A stretch of DNA of 64,000 nucleotides from Candidatus Bipolaricaulota bacterium (GCA_035528115.1 DATKZF010000001.1:92508-156507), one strand, 5' to 3'. Positions 1-11,230 are shown, numbered from the stretch's first letter. Made by a program: numbers and translations. Notes: generated from the letters alone by a model not told the origin.

Positions 1-2
1 AA

Positions 3-3000
3 ATTGTCGGATCCTCTGTCAGCGCCAAAACGGACAAAAACGGAGTGGCCACGATCGATACGGGCAAAATTTTAAGCTTAACGGAGATCAAGGAGCAAAG
101 ATTGGAAAATAATTATTTGATGAAAATATCGGCCGATAACAAAGCTGTCATTATCCCATTGAGCGCCGATTATTATTATTTGGGAGAAAATGAGAGCGAT
201 CAATATTGGAATTATTTTTTCAGCGACAGATCGATGTACAAACCGAATGACACCCTTAATTTTTGGGGATTCGCGCAGAGTCGCAATGGCCAGGAAAATA
301 TAGATAAAGTGAAAATTTCTCTTACGGAATTCGATTACAAAAATTATTATTACGAATCAATCGACGTCAATCAGGTTGTCGCCGAGGTTTCCGGAGGCGG
401 CACTTTTTCAGGCAAGATGGATCTGAAAAGCTTGACTCCCGGATATTACAGTTTGGATTTTTATATCAATGATAATTTGGTTTCGCGAAGATCCATCTCG
501 ATCGAAGATTACATTAAGCCGGCATACAGCCTGAACATAGTGCCGGAGAAAAAAGCCATTATCGCCGGCGAGCCCATCAATATTGATGTTAACGCTTCTT
601 TTTTCGAAGGAACCCCGGTGCCTAATCTGGCGCTTAGCTATAATGCCGATAAAGAAGATAAAACAATAAAGACGGACGCGCGAGGCGACGCCAAGATAAC
701 CATCTCGACAAACGCCTCCAAGCTTAATGACGATTGCATCAAAACCGCGAGTTGCCATCTTTACGAAAGCTCATACCGGAATGTTAATATTTCTCAGCTC
801 GATTCCGAAGAAGCGGATATTTACGACACGGTGACAATCAGACTTTATAACGCCGCCATTCAAGCCGGCGCCAGATTCGAGGCCATCGGCAACAATAAGG
901 CCAAAATTGAAACTAGAATAAATAACATTGATTTTGATGAATTGAACGCGGGTGAAGCTTCCATTTACAACGCGCCCGTTTTCGAGGATGAGTCCAAGAC
1001 GGCGGTCGCCAACGCGACATTTCAGGCGGCGGTCACGGAAATCACTTATGTCAAAAACGAAACCGGGGAATATTACGATTTTATCAATAAAGTTGTCAAA
1101 AAAACTTATGATTACGACAGGCAAGAAAATGTGGTTTTGGTTTATGATGGAAAAACCGACGCCAATGGCAAACATATTTTCGAATTGAATATTGACCCCG
1201 AAAAAAGTTATCAGGTGCAAATTTTAACCAAGGATGCGGCCGGAAGACAAACAATCGCCGACGCGTACATGTCGGGCAATTATCAGCCGTCTCTTTTTTC
1301 TCAATACGAACTGAAATTTAAAAATAAAGATGATGATTATTCGGCGACCTTTGATTTGGGAGAAAAAGTTGATGTCTCTTTCAATAAAGATGGTGTGCAA
1401 CTGCCCGCCGGAGGCAAGGATTATCTTTACCTTAATCTTCAAAAAGGCTTGATGAATTACTTTGTTAGCGATGCCGCGGAATACGCTTTCGAGTTTGAAG
1501 AAAAACATATTCCCAACGTGAACGTGAAAGGAGTATTTTTCGATGGGCAGGCGTATCATGAGGCCAATTCGGATTGGTATTTGGGATTTTCTCAAAGTAT
1601 TATCGCCAGATACAACAGTCTGTCCAAAGAATTGAATATCGCGGTCAAAGCTGATAAAGATAAATACGAACCTGGCGAAAAAGTAACATTGGATGTAAAA
1701 GTGTCCGATCGAAACAATAAAGCCAAAAAAACCGACGTAAATTTCAGTCTGGTGGATGAAGCGTTTTTCAGTCTGAGCGACCAGACCGTCATGCCCCTGG
1801 ACACTTTGTACGAGCCGGTTTCCACCGGTTTGATAAGCACCTATAAATCTCACGATTATGTGAAGTTTATGGGAGGAGGAGGCGCTGAAGGCGGCGGTTG
1901 CTTTGCCGCCGGCACCAAGATAACCATGGCTGATGGCTCCAAGAAAAATATTGAAGACGTCAAAGAAGGCGATGAAATTTTAACTTTCGAAAACGAACGA
2001 GCAATAAAAACCGTTTCCGCGAAAGTGGTCGAAACATTCGAGCACACGGTTTCGGGATATTTGTTGATTAATGATTCCTTGCGGGTAACGCCCGAGCACA
2101 GAATGTTCATCAATAGCGGTTGGCAGATGATCGGGGAAGCGAAAGTCAATGATATGTTAATGGACGAATCGGGACAATTGGTCAGAATTGAGAAAATCGC
2201 TTATGAAAGGGAAATCGTCAAAGTTTACAATTTGCATATTGAGAAGTATCACACTTTTTTCGCCAATGGCATTTACGTCCATAATGAAAAAGGCGGCGCT
2301 CGAGTCAATTTTTTGGACGTGGCTTTGTTTCAAACCGTTTCCACGAATGCCAAAGGGGAGGGGCAGGTAAGCTTCACTTTGCCGGACAATTTGACCTCCT
2401 GGCGCGTGACCTGCCAGGCGATCAATCAGGATCTCTTCGCCGGTTCATCAGTCATTAATATCCCGGTCAGTTTGCCGGTTTTCGTGCAACCGAATGTTTC
2501 TTCGGAATATTTATCTAAGGACAAACCGATTATTAAAATGACCGCTTACGGAACGGAGTTGACTTCCAAAGATCCGGTGTCGTTTAATCTGAAATCCGAA
2601 ACGCTCGGTATCAATGAAAAGGGAATTGCCGGAGCGGCGTTTGTTCCGAATTATTATCAAATAGAATCAATGCCGCAAGGACAGCACGAGTTGGAATTGG
2701 GAGTAGAGAGCTCGAAAGGCAATGACGGCATGATAAAGAAAATAACGGTCTTGGCGTCGCGGCTTCGAGAATCCGCGCAAAGATTCTATACTTTGTCAGA
2801 TGATTTGAAGGTCGAAGGCGGCGCTGCGGGCCTGACCAAGCTGACTTTCAGCGATTTGAATCAAGGCAGCTTTTACTGGACATTGCAAAAGATGTCTTGG
2901 ACGGTCGGCGACAGAGTGGATCAAAAGCTTTCCAGAATTATCGGCGATGAATTGCTCCTGAAATATTTCAATGAAAATAAGTACGAGGCCGACGATCTTG

Positions 3001-4181
3001 ACGCGAGTTTGTATCAAGACGCGAAAACCGGCATCAGTTTGTTCCCGTACAGCGGCGGCGATTACGAGTTAACCGCGAAGATAGCGGCGGTGGCGGCCGA
3101 TCATTTCGATAAAAATAATTTGGCCAATTATTTTTACGCAAAATTGAATAGCGATAAATCCACGCGAGAAGAAGTGGCGCTGGCTTTGTTCGGTCTGGCC
3201 GGTTTGGACGAGCCCGTGTTATTGCCCGTTCAAGCTTTCGCGAAAATAGAAGATTTGCCGGTCATTGAAAAGTTGTATATAGGTTTGGCGCTGGAAAAGC
3301 TGGGCGACGGAGAATCGGCCAGGTCCATCTTAAAAGAGCTGTTGGACGATTATGGCGATGAAAAGGCGCCATACGCTTGGTTGAAAGCGGGTTCGGATCA
3401 AGACGATATTTTACGGGCGACATCTTTGGCGGCGGTGCTGGCCGGAGGATTGAATCATGAATCTCACGAAGCTCTTTGGAGATATGTCAGAGACAACAGA
3501 ACCGATGAAGTTTTGGTTAATCTTGAGCAGTTGATGTACACGACGTTTTCGATCGACCAACTCAGACCGGGAGAATCTTCTTTTTCCTATGAATTGAACG
3601 GAGAAGTGAAAAATATTTCGCTGGAAAAGGGATCTTGGCATCAAATCTATCTTTCTCCGGAACAATTGAGCCAAATCAAATTCAGTAACATTTCCGGCAA
3701 AATAGGCGTGGTGAGCGGTTATGAAATCGCGGCCACGGCCGTTAATTCCGAAGAAAACGGCCTTAAAATTTCAAGAGAGTATTATGTCAACGGTAAAAAG
3801 ACCAATACGTTCAAGGATACTGACTTGGTGCAGGTTAGAATTAATTATTCTTTCGACGCGGCCGCCGTGCAAGGCGAATATGAGGTGGTCGATTCTTTGC
3901 CCAGCGGTTTGAGAATCGTTACCAACCCCTTCAGCAGATATCGGGAATTTATTTCCTCGGCTTGCGGTTTGCGATATCCATACGAAATAAGCGGTCAAAG
4001 AGTCAAATTCGGCGTCTGGAAGACGACTTATTCCAATTATTGCAACAACGGGGAATTCACGTATTTCGCCAGAGTGGTCAATCCCGGAGAATATGAAGCT
4101 GAGCCGGTTTTATTGCAATCGATTAAATCAAGCGAATTGAAAAGATATTCGGAAAGCTCGAGGATAACCATTGAAAAATAA
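3..4181 (+). CDS. Alpha-2-macroglobulin family (MG2/A2M) protein, 5'-truncated by the window edge, with an internal Hint domain
   Basis: Frame is open from position 3. A2M motifs: FSDRSMYKPNDT (MG2), IEDYIKPAY, DKDKYEPGEKV, SLVDEAFF, FTLPDNLTSWRV, VVDSLPSG, YFARVVNPGEY. No CxEQ thioester. Confidence 0.9.
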   Translation: MVGSSVSAKTDKNGVATIDTGKILSLTEIKEQRLENNYLMKISADNKAVIIPLSADYYYLGENESDQYWNYFFSDRSMYKPNDTLNFWGFAQSRNGQENIDKVKISLTEFDYKNYYYESIDVNQVVAEVSGGGTFSGKMDLKSLTPGYYSLDFYINDNLVSRRSISIEDYIKPAYSLNIVPEKKAIIAGEPINIDVNASFFEGTPVPNLALSYNADKEDKTIKTDARGDAKITISTNASKLNDDCIKTASCHLYESSYRNVNISQLDSEEADIYDTVTIRLYNAAIQAGARFEAIGNNKAKIETRINNIDFDELNAGEASIYNAPVFEDESKTAVANATFQAAVTEITYVKNETGEYYDFINKVVKKTYDYDRQENVVLVYDGKTDANGKHIFELNIDPEKSYQVQILTKDAAGRQTIADAYMSGNYQPSLFSQYELKFKNKDDDYSATFDLGEKVDVSFNKDGVQLPAGGKDYLYLNLQKGLMNYFVSDAAEYAFEFEEKHIPNVNVKGVFFDGQAYHEANSDWYLGFSQSIIARYNSLSKELNIAVKADKDKYEPGEKVTLDVKVSDRNNKAKKTDVNFSLVDEAFFSLSDQTVMPLDTLYEPVSTGLISTYKSHDYVKFMGGGGAEGGGCFAAGTKITMADGSKKNIEDVKEGDEILTFENERAIKTVSAKVVETFEHTVSGYLLINDSLRVTPEHRMFINSGWQMIGEAKVNDMLMDESGQLVRIEKIAYEREIVKVYNLHIEKYHTFFANGIYVHNEKGGARVNFLDVALFQTVSTNAKGEGQVSFTLPDNLTSWRVTCQAINQDLFAGSSVINIPVSLPVFVQPNVSSEYLSKDKPIIKMTAYGTELTSKDPVSFNLKSETLGINEKGIAGAAFVPNYYQIESMPQGQHELELGVESSKGNDGMIKKITVLASRLRESAQRFYTLSDDLKVEGGAAGLTKLTFSDLNQGSFYWTLQKMSWTVGDRVDQKLSRIIGDELLLKYFNENKYEADDLDASLYQDAKTGISLFPYSGGDYELTAKIAAVAADHFDKNNLANYFYAKLNSDKSTREEVALALFGLAGLDEPVLLPVQAFAKIEDLPVIEKLYIGLALEKLGDGESARSILKELLDDYGDEKAPYAWLKAGSDQDDILRATSLAAVLAGGLNHESHEALWRYVRDNRTDEVLVNLEQLMYTTFSIDQLRPGESSFSYELNGEVKNISLEKGSWHQIYLSPEQLSQIKFSNISGKIGVVSGYEIAATAVNSEENGLKISREYYVNGKKTNTFKDTDLVQVRINYSFDAAAVQGEYEVVDSLPSGLRIVTNPFSRYREFISSACGLRYPYEISGQRVKFGVWKTTYSNYCNNGEFTYFARVVNPGEYEAEPVLLQSIKSSELKRYSESSRITIEK
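1899..2285 (+). other. Hint (intein-like/BIL-type) domain inside the A2M bait region
   Basis: Starts CFAAGTKITMADG (block A Cys1), has block B VTPEH, ends VYNLHIEKYHTFFANGIYVHN. 129 aa with no endonuclease; +1 residue is Glu. Confidence 0.9.
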
Positions 4182-4182
4182 C

Positions 4183-5109
4183 ATGACAATCAGAAAAATA
4201 TTTTTAATTTTTCTCATACCGGCGGCGGTTGCTGCCGGTATGTTTTTTGTTTTTTTAAGCGGGGCTGAAATAAAAAACCATGTTACTGCCGATGAGACTG
4301 AACAACCCGTTCAAGAAATTTTGAGCGGTCAGATAATCAAAGCGGAGTTAAACCCGGATTATTTGTATCCGGCCTTGTTGTTCGCTGAAAGCGTGGAAAT
4401 AAAACAATACGGACTTATCAAAGGGGCAATTGTCACGCATCATGATTTGGCAATAAGGATGACCGCTGAAAATTTGTATAGAATTTCAAGAAATCAAAAA
4501 GTCGACAGATTGATTTTAATTTCGCCGAATCATTCTGACATCGGTTTGTCCCAGGCCATTGGCAGTCTGGCCGAGTATGACACTATATTCGGAAGATTGA
4601 GTCAGGATGAATCGATATTGGAGGATTTAAGGTCGGCCGGCTTGCTGTCTTATGATTATGAAAACATTAAAAATGAACATGGCATAAATTACATCGTGCC
4701 TTTGATAAAATATTATTTTCCGGAAGCCAAAGTCGCCGCGTTAAGTTTGTCTTCGAAACATGATTTAAAGCAGGATCTGAAATTAAGCAATGCGTTGTCG
4801 AAATATTTGGACGAAGCAAACACCGTCTTGATAGCGTCAATAGATTTTTCCCATTACCTTTCCACAAGCAGCGCCAATCAAAATGATTCGAAAACATTGG
4901 AAGCGATCAAGGCGCTTGATTTTGATTTTTTATCCACGTTCAATAATGATTTTTTTGATTCTCCGGCCGCGCTTTCGACCTTGATGAGCAGTCTCGATTT
5001 GGCTAAGGCGACGAATGACATAATTTTAGGTCATGCCAACTCCTCGGATTTTGTAGGCCATGAATTAAACAGCTCCACCGGTTACTTTTCGATTTTATTC
5101 TCAAAATAA
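4183..5109 (+). CDS. AmmeMemoRadiSam protein B / MEMO1-like protein with N-terminal membrane anchor
   Basis: Motifs AIVTHH, ISPNH, EHGI, ASIDFSHY; hydrophobic N-terminus. Confidence 0.8.
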   Translation: MTIRKIFLIFLIPAAVAAGMFFVFLSGAEIKNHVTADETEQPVQEILSGQIIKAELNPDYLYPALLFAESVEIKQYGLIKGAIVTHHDLAIRMTAENLYRISRNQKVDRLILISPNHSDIGLSQAIGSLAEYDTIFGRLSQDESILEDLRSAGLLSYDYENIKNEHGINYIVPLIKYYFPEAKVAALSLSSKHDLKQDLKLSNALSKYLDEANTVLIASIDFSHYLSTSSANQNDSKTLEAIKALDFDFLSTFNNDFFDSPAALSTLMSSLDLAKATNDIILGHANSSDFVGHELNSSTGYFSILFSK

Positions 5110-5130
5110 AAAAAATAGTCCTAAAAAAGC

Positions 5131-5159
5131 TTGAAAAATAAGCTTTTTTTTGGTACAAT
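5131..5159 (+). promoter_or_regulatory. Sigma70-type promoter (TTGAAA-17-TACAAT), near-leaderless start of the GT operon
   Basis: -10 ends 8 nt before ATG 5168. Overlapped by the inverted repeat AAAAAAGCTT..AAGCTTTTTT. Confidence 0.5.
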
Positions 5160-5167
5160 CAATTTAT

Positions 5168-6229
5168 ATGGAAAAAATCGCCATAATCATGATAAATTAT
5201 AAGGACTACGCCAAGCGGTTTTTAAAAGAAAGCGCGGAGTCTTTATCAAAAATAAATTATCCCAACGAAAATTGGCGGTTATACGTGGTGGACAATGAAA
5301 GCTCTCCTGAAACGGTGGCGAGCATAAAGGAATTGGCGCCGGAGGCCGTCATCGTGCCTTCCGGAGGCAATGGTTGGGGACATGGCAATAATGTCGGCGT
5401 TAAAAAGGCAATGGAGGACGGGTTTGACGATTATTTCTTTTTCGTCAATATGGACACGATTTTCGATCCGAAGTTTATCAATGAGGCCTTGAGCGTTTAT
5501 AAAAGCGATGATAAAATCGGCATTGTCCAATCAAAATTGCTTTTGCATCCGCCCCAAAACGGGCAATACTATCTGAATTCGGGCGGCAACGCCTTGACGT
5601 TTCTGGGCTTCGGCTATTGCGCCGGCGACGGCAAGGTTGACGATATTTCCATGGAGACGACGGATATTATTTCCGCGGCCGGAGCCGGACTTTTAATTTC
5701 AAAAGAAAAATTCATGGAGATCGGTCAATGCGATGAGACTTATTTCATGTACCATGATGATATTGAATTGAGCCAAAAAATAAAATTGGCCGGATACAGG
5801 TTGGTTTTGGCGCCAAAGTCAGTAATTTATCATAAACATGAATTCGGCCGATCAATTCGTCAAGTGTATTTCATGGAGAGAAACAGGTTAAGATTTTTAT
5901 TGGAATTTTTGCGCTGGCCGACTTTGATTATCATTTTCCCCGCCTTTGTTTTGATGGAAATCGGCATGTTGCCTTTTGAAATAATGAATAAATGGTTTGG
6001 CGCCAAATTGAAAGCTTATGGATATTTTTTCAGCTTGAAAAATTTGAAATTGATTTTTCAAAAAAGGAGAGCAATTCAGCGTTTGAGAAAAATCAAAGAC
6101 AGGGAATTTACGAAAAAATTCGTGGGCAAAATAGAATATCAGCAGATTGAAAATCCATTGCTCAAATACGTTGCCAATCCGCTGTTTAATTTGTATTGGA
6201 AAATAACGAAATATCTAATTTTTTGGTAA
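5168..6229 (+). CDS. Glycosyltransferase family 2
   Basis: VVDNES, GWGHGNNVG, VNMD, FMYHDDIELS motifs. Confidence 0.9.
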   Translation: MEKIAIIMINYKDYAKRFLKESAESLSKINYPNENWRLYVVDNESSPETVASIKELAPEAVIVPSGGNGWGHGNNVGVKKAMEDGFDDYFFFVNMDTIFDPKFINEALSVYKSDDKIGIVQSKLLLHPPQNGQYYLNSGGNALTFLGFGYCAGDGKVDDISMETTDIISAAGAGLLISKEKFMEIGQCDETYFMYHDDIELSQKIKLAGYRLVLAPKSVIYHKHEFGRSIRQVYFMERNRLRFLLEFLRWPTLIIIFPAFVLMEIGMLPFEIMNKWFGAKLKAYGYFFSLKNLKLIFQKRRAIQRLRKIKDREFTKKFVGKIEYQQIENPLLKYVANPLFNLYWKITKYLIFW

Positions 6230-6232
6230 TAT

Positions 6233-7393
6233 ATGAGCGCTAAAGACAAGTCAAATTTGAAAATCGCGCAAGTAGTGTGCGTGGTGCCTCCGTACGGAGG
6301 CGGCATCGGAGTGGTGGCGCATTGTTATGCGTCCGAATTGTCGCGTTTGGGTCATCAAGTCGATGTTTTCGTGCCCAGATTCGATGTCGATCCGGATTAT
6401 AAACGCAATTACAATCTGCGATTATTAAGGCCGCTTATTCGTTCCGGCAACGCCTCCTTGGTCCCCAACTTGTATTGGCGATTGAAAAACAAATACGACA
6501 TTGTGCATTTGCATTATCCTTTTATCGGCGGCACAGAGGTGATTAACAGTTTGCGCAAGAAAAGATTTATAAAGAAGTTGGTGGTGAGCTATCACATGGA
6601 TTTCGTGGGTGAAGGAGTAAAAGGCAAATTATTGAAATATTACGCCAGTTGGCAGACGCCCAGAATCATTAAAACCGCGGACAAGGTGGTTGTTTCCTCC
6701 ATCGATTACATGATGGATAGCTCTATCAGGAAATTTTATTTGAAAGATAAGGCCAAGTTTTTGGAATTGCCGTTTGGCGTGAAAAGAACTTATCGAGTCA
6801 GACCCAAAGATCCGTATTTGCTGAAAAGGTTCAAAATAAAACCTGAGGACAAAATACTTTTGTTTGTCGGCGGTCTGGACGCGGCTCATTATTTCAAAGG
6901 CGTGAATTATTTGATTGACGCCATGAAGTATTTGGACGCAAATTACAAATTGATCGTCGTCGGGGAAGGGGATTTGAAAAAGACATATATCGAGCAAGCC
7001 AAATCGATCGGCCAAGAAAACAGAATATTTTTCACCGGCTATATTGAGAGCGACCAATTGCCGGATTATTACGCGCTGTGCGATTTATTCGTTTTGCCAT
7101 CCGTTGATAAATCGGAAGCTTTCGGCATTGTTTTAGTGGAAGCGCTCGCTTCCGGCAAGCCCGTGATAGCCTCAAATTTGAAAGGTGTCAGAACAGTGGT
7201 CGATTCCGGCAGAAACGGCCTTTTGTTTGAGCCAAAAAACTCAAAGGATATTTCGGATAAGGCTAAAATTATTTTGCAGAATACCAGATTATACGCGCAA
7301 TTTTCAGAAAACGCGACCAAGGTGGCGAATATGAAGTATCGTTGGCCTCAAATCGTGAAAAAACTGGAAGAAGCATATTTGGAGATATTATGA
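6233..7393 (+). CDS. Glycosyltransferase family 4
   Basis: GT-B fold motifs; EAFGIVLVEALASGKPVIAS. Confidence 0.9.
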   Translation: MSAKDKSNLKIAQVVCVVPPYGGGIGVVAHCYASELSRLGHQVDVFVPRFDVDPDYKRNYNLRLLRPLIRSGNASLVPNLYWRLKNKYDIVHLHYPFIGGTEVINSLRKKRFIKKLVVSYHMDFVGEGVKGKLLKYYASWQTPRIIKTADKVVVSSIDYMMDSSIRKFYLKDKAKFLELPFGVKRTYRVRPKDPYLLKRFKIKPEDKILLFVGGLDAAHYFKGVNYLIDAMKYLDANYKLIVVGEGDLKKTYIEQAKSIGQENRIFFTGYIESDQLPDYYALCDLFVLPSVDKSEAFGIVLVEALASGKPVIASNLKGVRTVVDSGRNGLLFEPKNSKDISDKAKIILQNTRLYAQFSENATKVANMKYRWPQIVKKLEEAYLEIL

Positions 7394-8556
7394 AGATCGC
7401 CATTATCAGTAATTTATTCGCTCCTTATCAGCGTGGCGGCGCGGAAAAAATCGCCAAAGCGCAAGCGGAATTTCTGGTGAAAAATCATGAGGTTTTTGTG
7501 ATTTCTTCAAAGCCTGACGGCTCTGAAATTTCAGTGGAGCAAAAAAACGAATTAAAAATTTATCGTCTTTCTTCGGCCAACATATATTATTATCTCGACG
7601 ATTTTAGGCATGGCGTTTTGGCCAGACTGATTTGGCATTATTTAGATCAAATCAATTTGGTCAATTTTTTCAGGGTCAGGAAAATCCTAAAAAAAGAAAA
7701 ACCGGATTTGGTTGTCTCGCACAATTTAATGGGCTTGGGGTTTTTAATTCCGCTGGTTTTGAAAAAATACCAATGGACTCATGTTTTGCACGATGTTCAG
7801 CTGGCCGCGCCGAGTGGTTTGATTATCAAGGGCGAGGAAAATACTTTTTCAGTGGCGGGCTGGCCGGTAAAAATATATTCTTGGTTGAATAAGAGGCTTT
7901 TCAATTCGCCGACCAAAGTCGTGTCGCCATCAAATTGGCTGCTTGATTTTTATTTGGTCAAAGGATTTTTTAAAAAATCCAAAACGCAGGTTTTGCCCAA
8001 TCCGATTTTATTTGAAATTAAAAATTCTACGAAAGAAAAATCGTCATCTTTGAAATTGCTTTTTGTCGGACAAATCGAGGAGCACAAAGGCATATTATTT
8101 TTAATAAACGCTTTGAAGGAATCAAAACGAAATTTTATTTTAAGCATAGCCGGTTCCGGTTCGAAAGAATCCGAGGTTAAGTCTCTGCTCGGCGGAGATG
8201 AAAGATTTAAGTATTTGGGAAAGTTGGCTCCGATGGAAATCAAAGACTTGATAGCGACGTCTGATTTTTTGGTCGTTCCGTCTCTTTGTTATGAAAATTC
8301 TCCGACCGTGATTTATGAAGCGTTCAGTCAAGGAATGCCGGTTATCGCCTCGAAGATCGGCGGCATTGGAGAATTGGTGAAAGAAGGGGAGACGGGTTTT
8401 GTGTTTGAAGCGGGTGATCGAGACCAGCTTATTCTGGCGGTTCAAAAAGCCATGGCAACGCAAAATTACGGCCAACTCTCCCAAAATTGTCTGAGCACGG
8501 TAGGTGATTTTAATTCGAAACAATATTTGGAGAAATTATTGGACGTGTTTCAATAA
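7390..8556 (+). CDS. Glycosyltransferase family 4
   Basis: MKIAIIS..GGAE; ENSPTVIYEAFSQGMPVIASKIGG; ATGA overlap with the upstream gene. Confidence 0.9.
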   Translation: MKIAIISNLFAPYQRGGAEKIAKAQAEFLVKNHEVFVISSKPDGSEISVEQKNELKIYRLSSANIYYYLDDFRHGVLARLIWHYLDQINLVNFFRVRKILKKEKPDLVVSHNLMGLGFLIPLVLKKYQWTHVLHDVQLAAPSGLIIKGEENTFSVAGWPVKIYSWLNKRLFNSPTKVVSPSNWLLDFYLVKGFFKKSKTQVLPNPILFEIKNSTKEKSSSLKLLFVGQIEEHKGILFLINALKESKRNFILSIAGSGSKESEVKSLLGGDERFKYLGKLAPMEIKDLIATSDFLVVPSLCYENSPTVIYEAFSQGMPVIASKIGGIGELVKEGETGFVFEAGDRDQLILAVQKAMATQNYGQLSQNCLSTVGDFNSKQYLEKLLDVFQ

Positions 8557-8693
8557 TAGTAATAGACAGCCGGCTGGGAGCCAGCATCGCATAAAAACAT
8601 ACCACCTAACCCGGCAGAGAGCTTGACTCTCTGCTCTTAAGTTGTCATATTTCAATAATAATGATATAATCATAACGATTTCGATTTGATTAC

Positions 8694-8767
8694 GGGGGCG
8701 TCGTATAGTGGTAGTACAACGGTCTCCAAAACCGTTTGCGTGGGTTCGATTCCTACCGCCCCTGCCA
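8694..8767 (+). tRNA. tRNA-Trp (CCA)
   Basis: Cloverleaf: GGGGGCG/CGCCCCT acceptor stem, ACGGT-CT-CCA-AA-ACCGT anticodon arm, GTTCGATTC T-loop, encoded CCA. Upstream TTGTCA-17-TATAAT promoter. Confidence 0.97.
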
Positions 8768-8816
8768 CGTCGCTCGCCACAGTCGTTCGTGAACGACGTG
8801 GCTCGCGAGCAATATT

Positions 8817-8839
8817 TCAGCCAAATGCTGATTTTTTTT
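8817..8839 (+). terminator. Rho-independent terminator after the tRNA
   Basis: TCAGC-caaat-GCTGA followed by a T-run. Confidence 0.6.
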
Positions 8840-8915
8840 GTTTATCAACAAATTGGTTCGTTTGTTGCAAGGAGCGTGTTATAATAGCAATGATTTTAAT
8901 TAATTTTCAAATATT

Positions 8916-9887
8916 ATGAAAAAATCCAATCTAAAATGGATCTTGCTCGCGGTCGCGGTTATCATCGCCGCCGCCTTGATTTATTTTTTGGCGATCAAGG
9001 GAGTTTATAAAAAAGAAATTTACGAAAATTCGCGCTATCAGTACAGCTTGAATTATCCCGCGGATTGGACTTTGGGAGCGGAGGAGACAAATAACGCGGG
9101 CAGGGAAATATTTTCACCGGATAAAAAGGTTTATTGCTATGTTTACGGTTTTGAAAATGCGTTGGTAAACGACAACGGCGAGCCGCAGACGATCGATGAA
9201 TTTTCTGATTGGCTGGTCACGGCTTCCAAAGAGTTATCGACCGAGGAAGAGCCGATAAATCTGTTGACCAGAGAAGCGACAAAGCTCGACGGTTGGCCGG
9301 CAATGAAAATGTCGTTTGACGAAGGCGCGATTGTCAGAGAGGCTGTTTATACTCTGGGCAAAAGCACCGGATTGGGATTCTTTTGCGTCTATCCGACCCG
9401 AGATGATCAAACGCAATACGGAAAAGATTTCGAAAAGATGTATAAAAGTATTGCTATCAAATCAGATTTGGACGGCGCGGGAACAAACGCCATCAGCTGC
9501 GCCAATCTGCTCGGCGGCGCGACCACCCCGTTAAAGGGCAAGGAAGTTTTTTACGATACCGCCTACACCGAGGTTACCATGACCGGCCGCGAGGACTGGG
9601 ATCAAGATCGTTTGCCCTTGCAGGTGGTACAGCTGGAGCCGGCCGGATATGAGTGTTATCCGATGCCGTTTGAATTCTCGGATTCTTCGCCGGACGACGT
9701 GAACGCCCAGCCCGAAGTCACCAAAGTGGAATGGACGTGTGAATTGCCGTATGAGGAGTGGGGATACGTGGCGTTCGATGATGAAAATGAAAAAGCCGCG
9801 CAGGAGAAAGAAGGACTTGTTTGCAAGCAAGACAACTGCATGGATGAAAATTCCGCGCTGACGTCAATTTGGTTTTGTTCCAAATAA
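8916..9887 (+). CDS. Membrane-anchored/secreted protein with PsbP-like domain and Cys-rich C-terminal region
   Basis: N-terminal TM; YENSRYQYSLNYPADW is typical of PsbP-like folds; several Cys in the C-terminus. Confidence 0.6.
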   Translation: MKKSNLKWILLAVAVIIAAALIYFLAIKGVYKKEIYENSRYQYSLNYPADWTLGAEETNNAGREIFSPDKKVYCYVYGFENALVNDNGEPQTIDEFSDWLVTASKELSTEEEPINLLTREATKLDGWPAMKMSFDEGAIVREAVYTLGKSTGLGFFCVYPTRDDQTQYGKDFEKMYKSIAIKSDLDGAGTNAISCANLLGGATTPLKGKEVFYDTAYTEVTMTGREDWDQDRLPLQVVQLEPAGYECYPMPFEFSDSSPDDVNAQPEVTKVEWTCELPYEEWGYVAFDDENEKAAQEKEGLVCKQDNCMDENSALTSIWFCSK

Positions 9888-9890
9888 AAT

Positions 9891-9945
9891 GTTACGAATT
9901 ACAATATTCTTAAGCATAAAGCTACAAATGGATGTAATTTGTAAG
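9891..9945. repeat. Partial (inner 55-bp) copy of the 134-bp palindromic element
   Basis: GTTACGAATTACA-29nt(..AAGCATAAAGCTAC..)-TGTAATTTGTAAG, lying between convergent genes. Confidence 0.8.
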
Positions 9946-9950
9946 AATAT

Positions 9951-10973
<1,023 letters not shown>

Positions 10974-11022
10974 AAACCAAATTGTAACATTAAATTGTTT
11001 TTCGGTCAATTGAGGCGAGATT

Positions 11023-11050
11023 TGAGTTTTGGGAGGGGAAAGGGTAAAAT
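11023..11050 (+). repeat. 28-bp direct repeat, left boundary of the RM island
   Basis: TGAGTTTTGGGAGGGGAAAGGGTAAAAT, identical to 16178-16205. Confidence 0.9.
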
Positions 11051-11230
11051 ATGGTTGTGCGAGATACATGTTTTACTTTTGGGGCTATCGTCAGAGCTTT
11101 TAAAAGAAAGTGGATTTTTTTCTTTTTTATAGAGGGGATATAAGGAATTTTCACGCTACGCTCCAAAACTTTATTTTATAATTAGAGCTAAGGCGCTATA
11201 ATACAACAGAAATAAATTCGAAATACGCTT

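Noticed and set aside
1899-2285. Canonical selfish intein
   Set aside because: +1 residue is Glu rather than Cys/Ser/Thr, there is no homing endonuclease, and the host is an exported-type protein.
8686-8919. 77-aa ORF
   Set aside because: Overlaps tRNA-Trp and its terminator.
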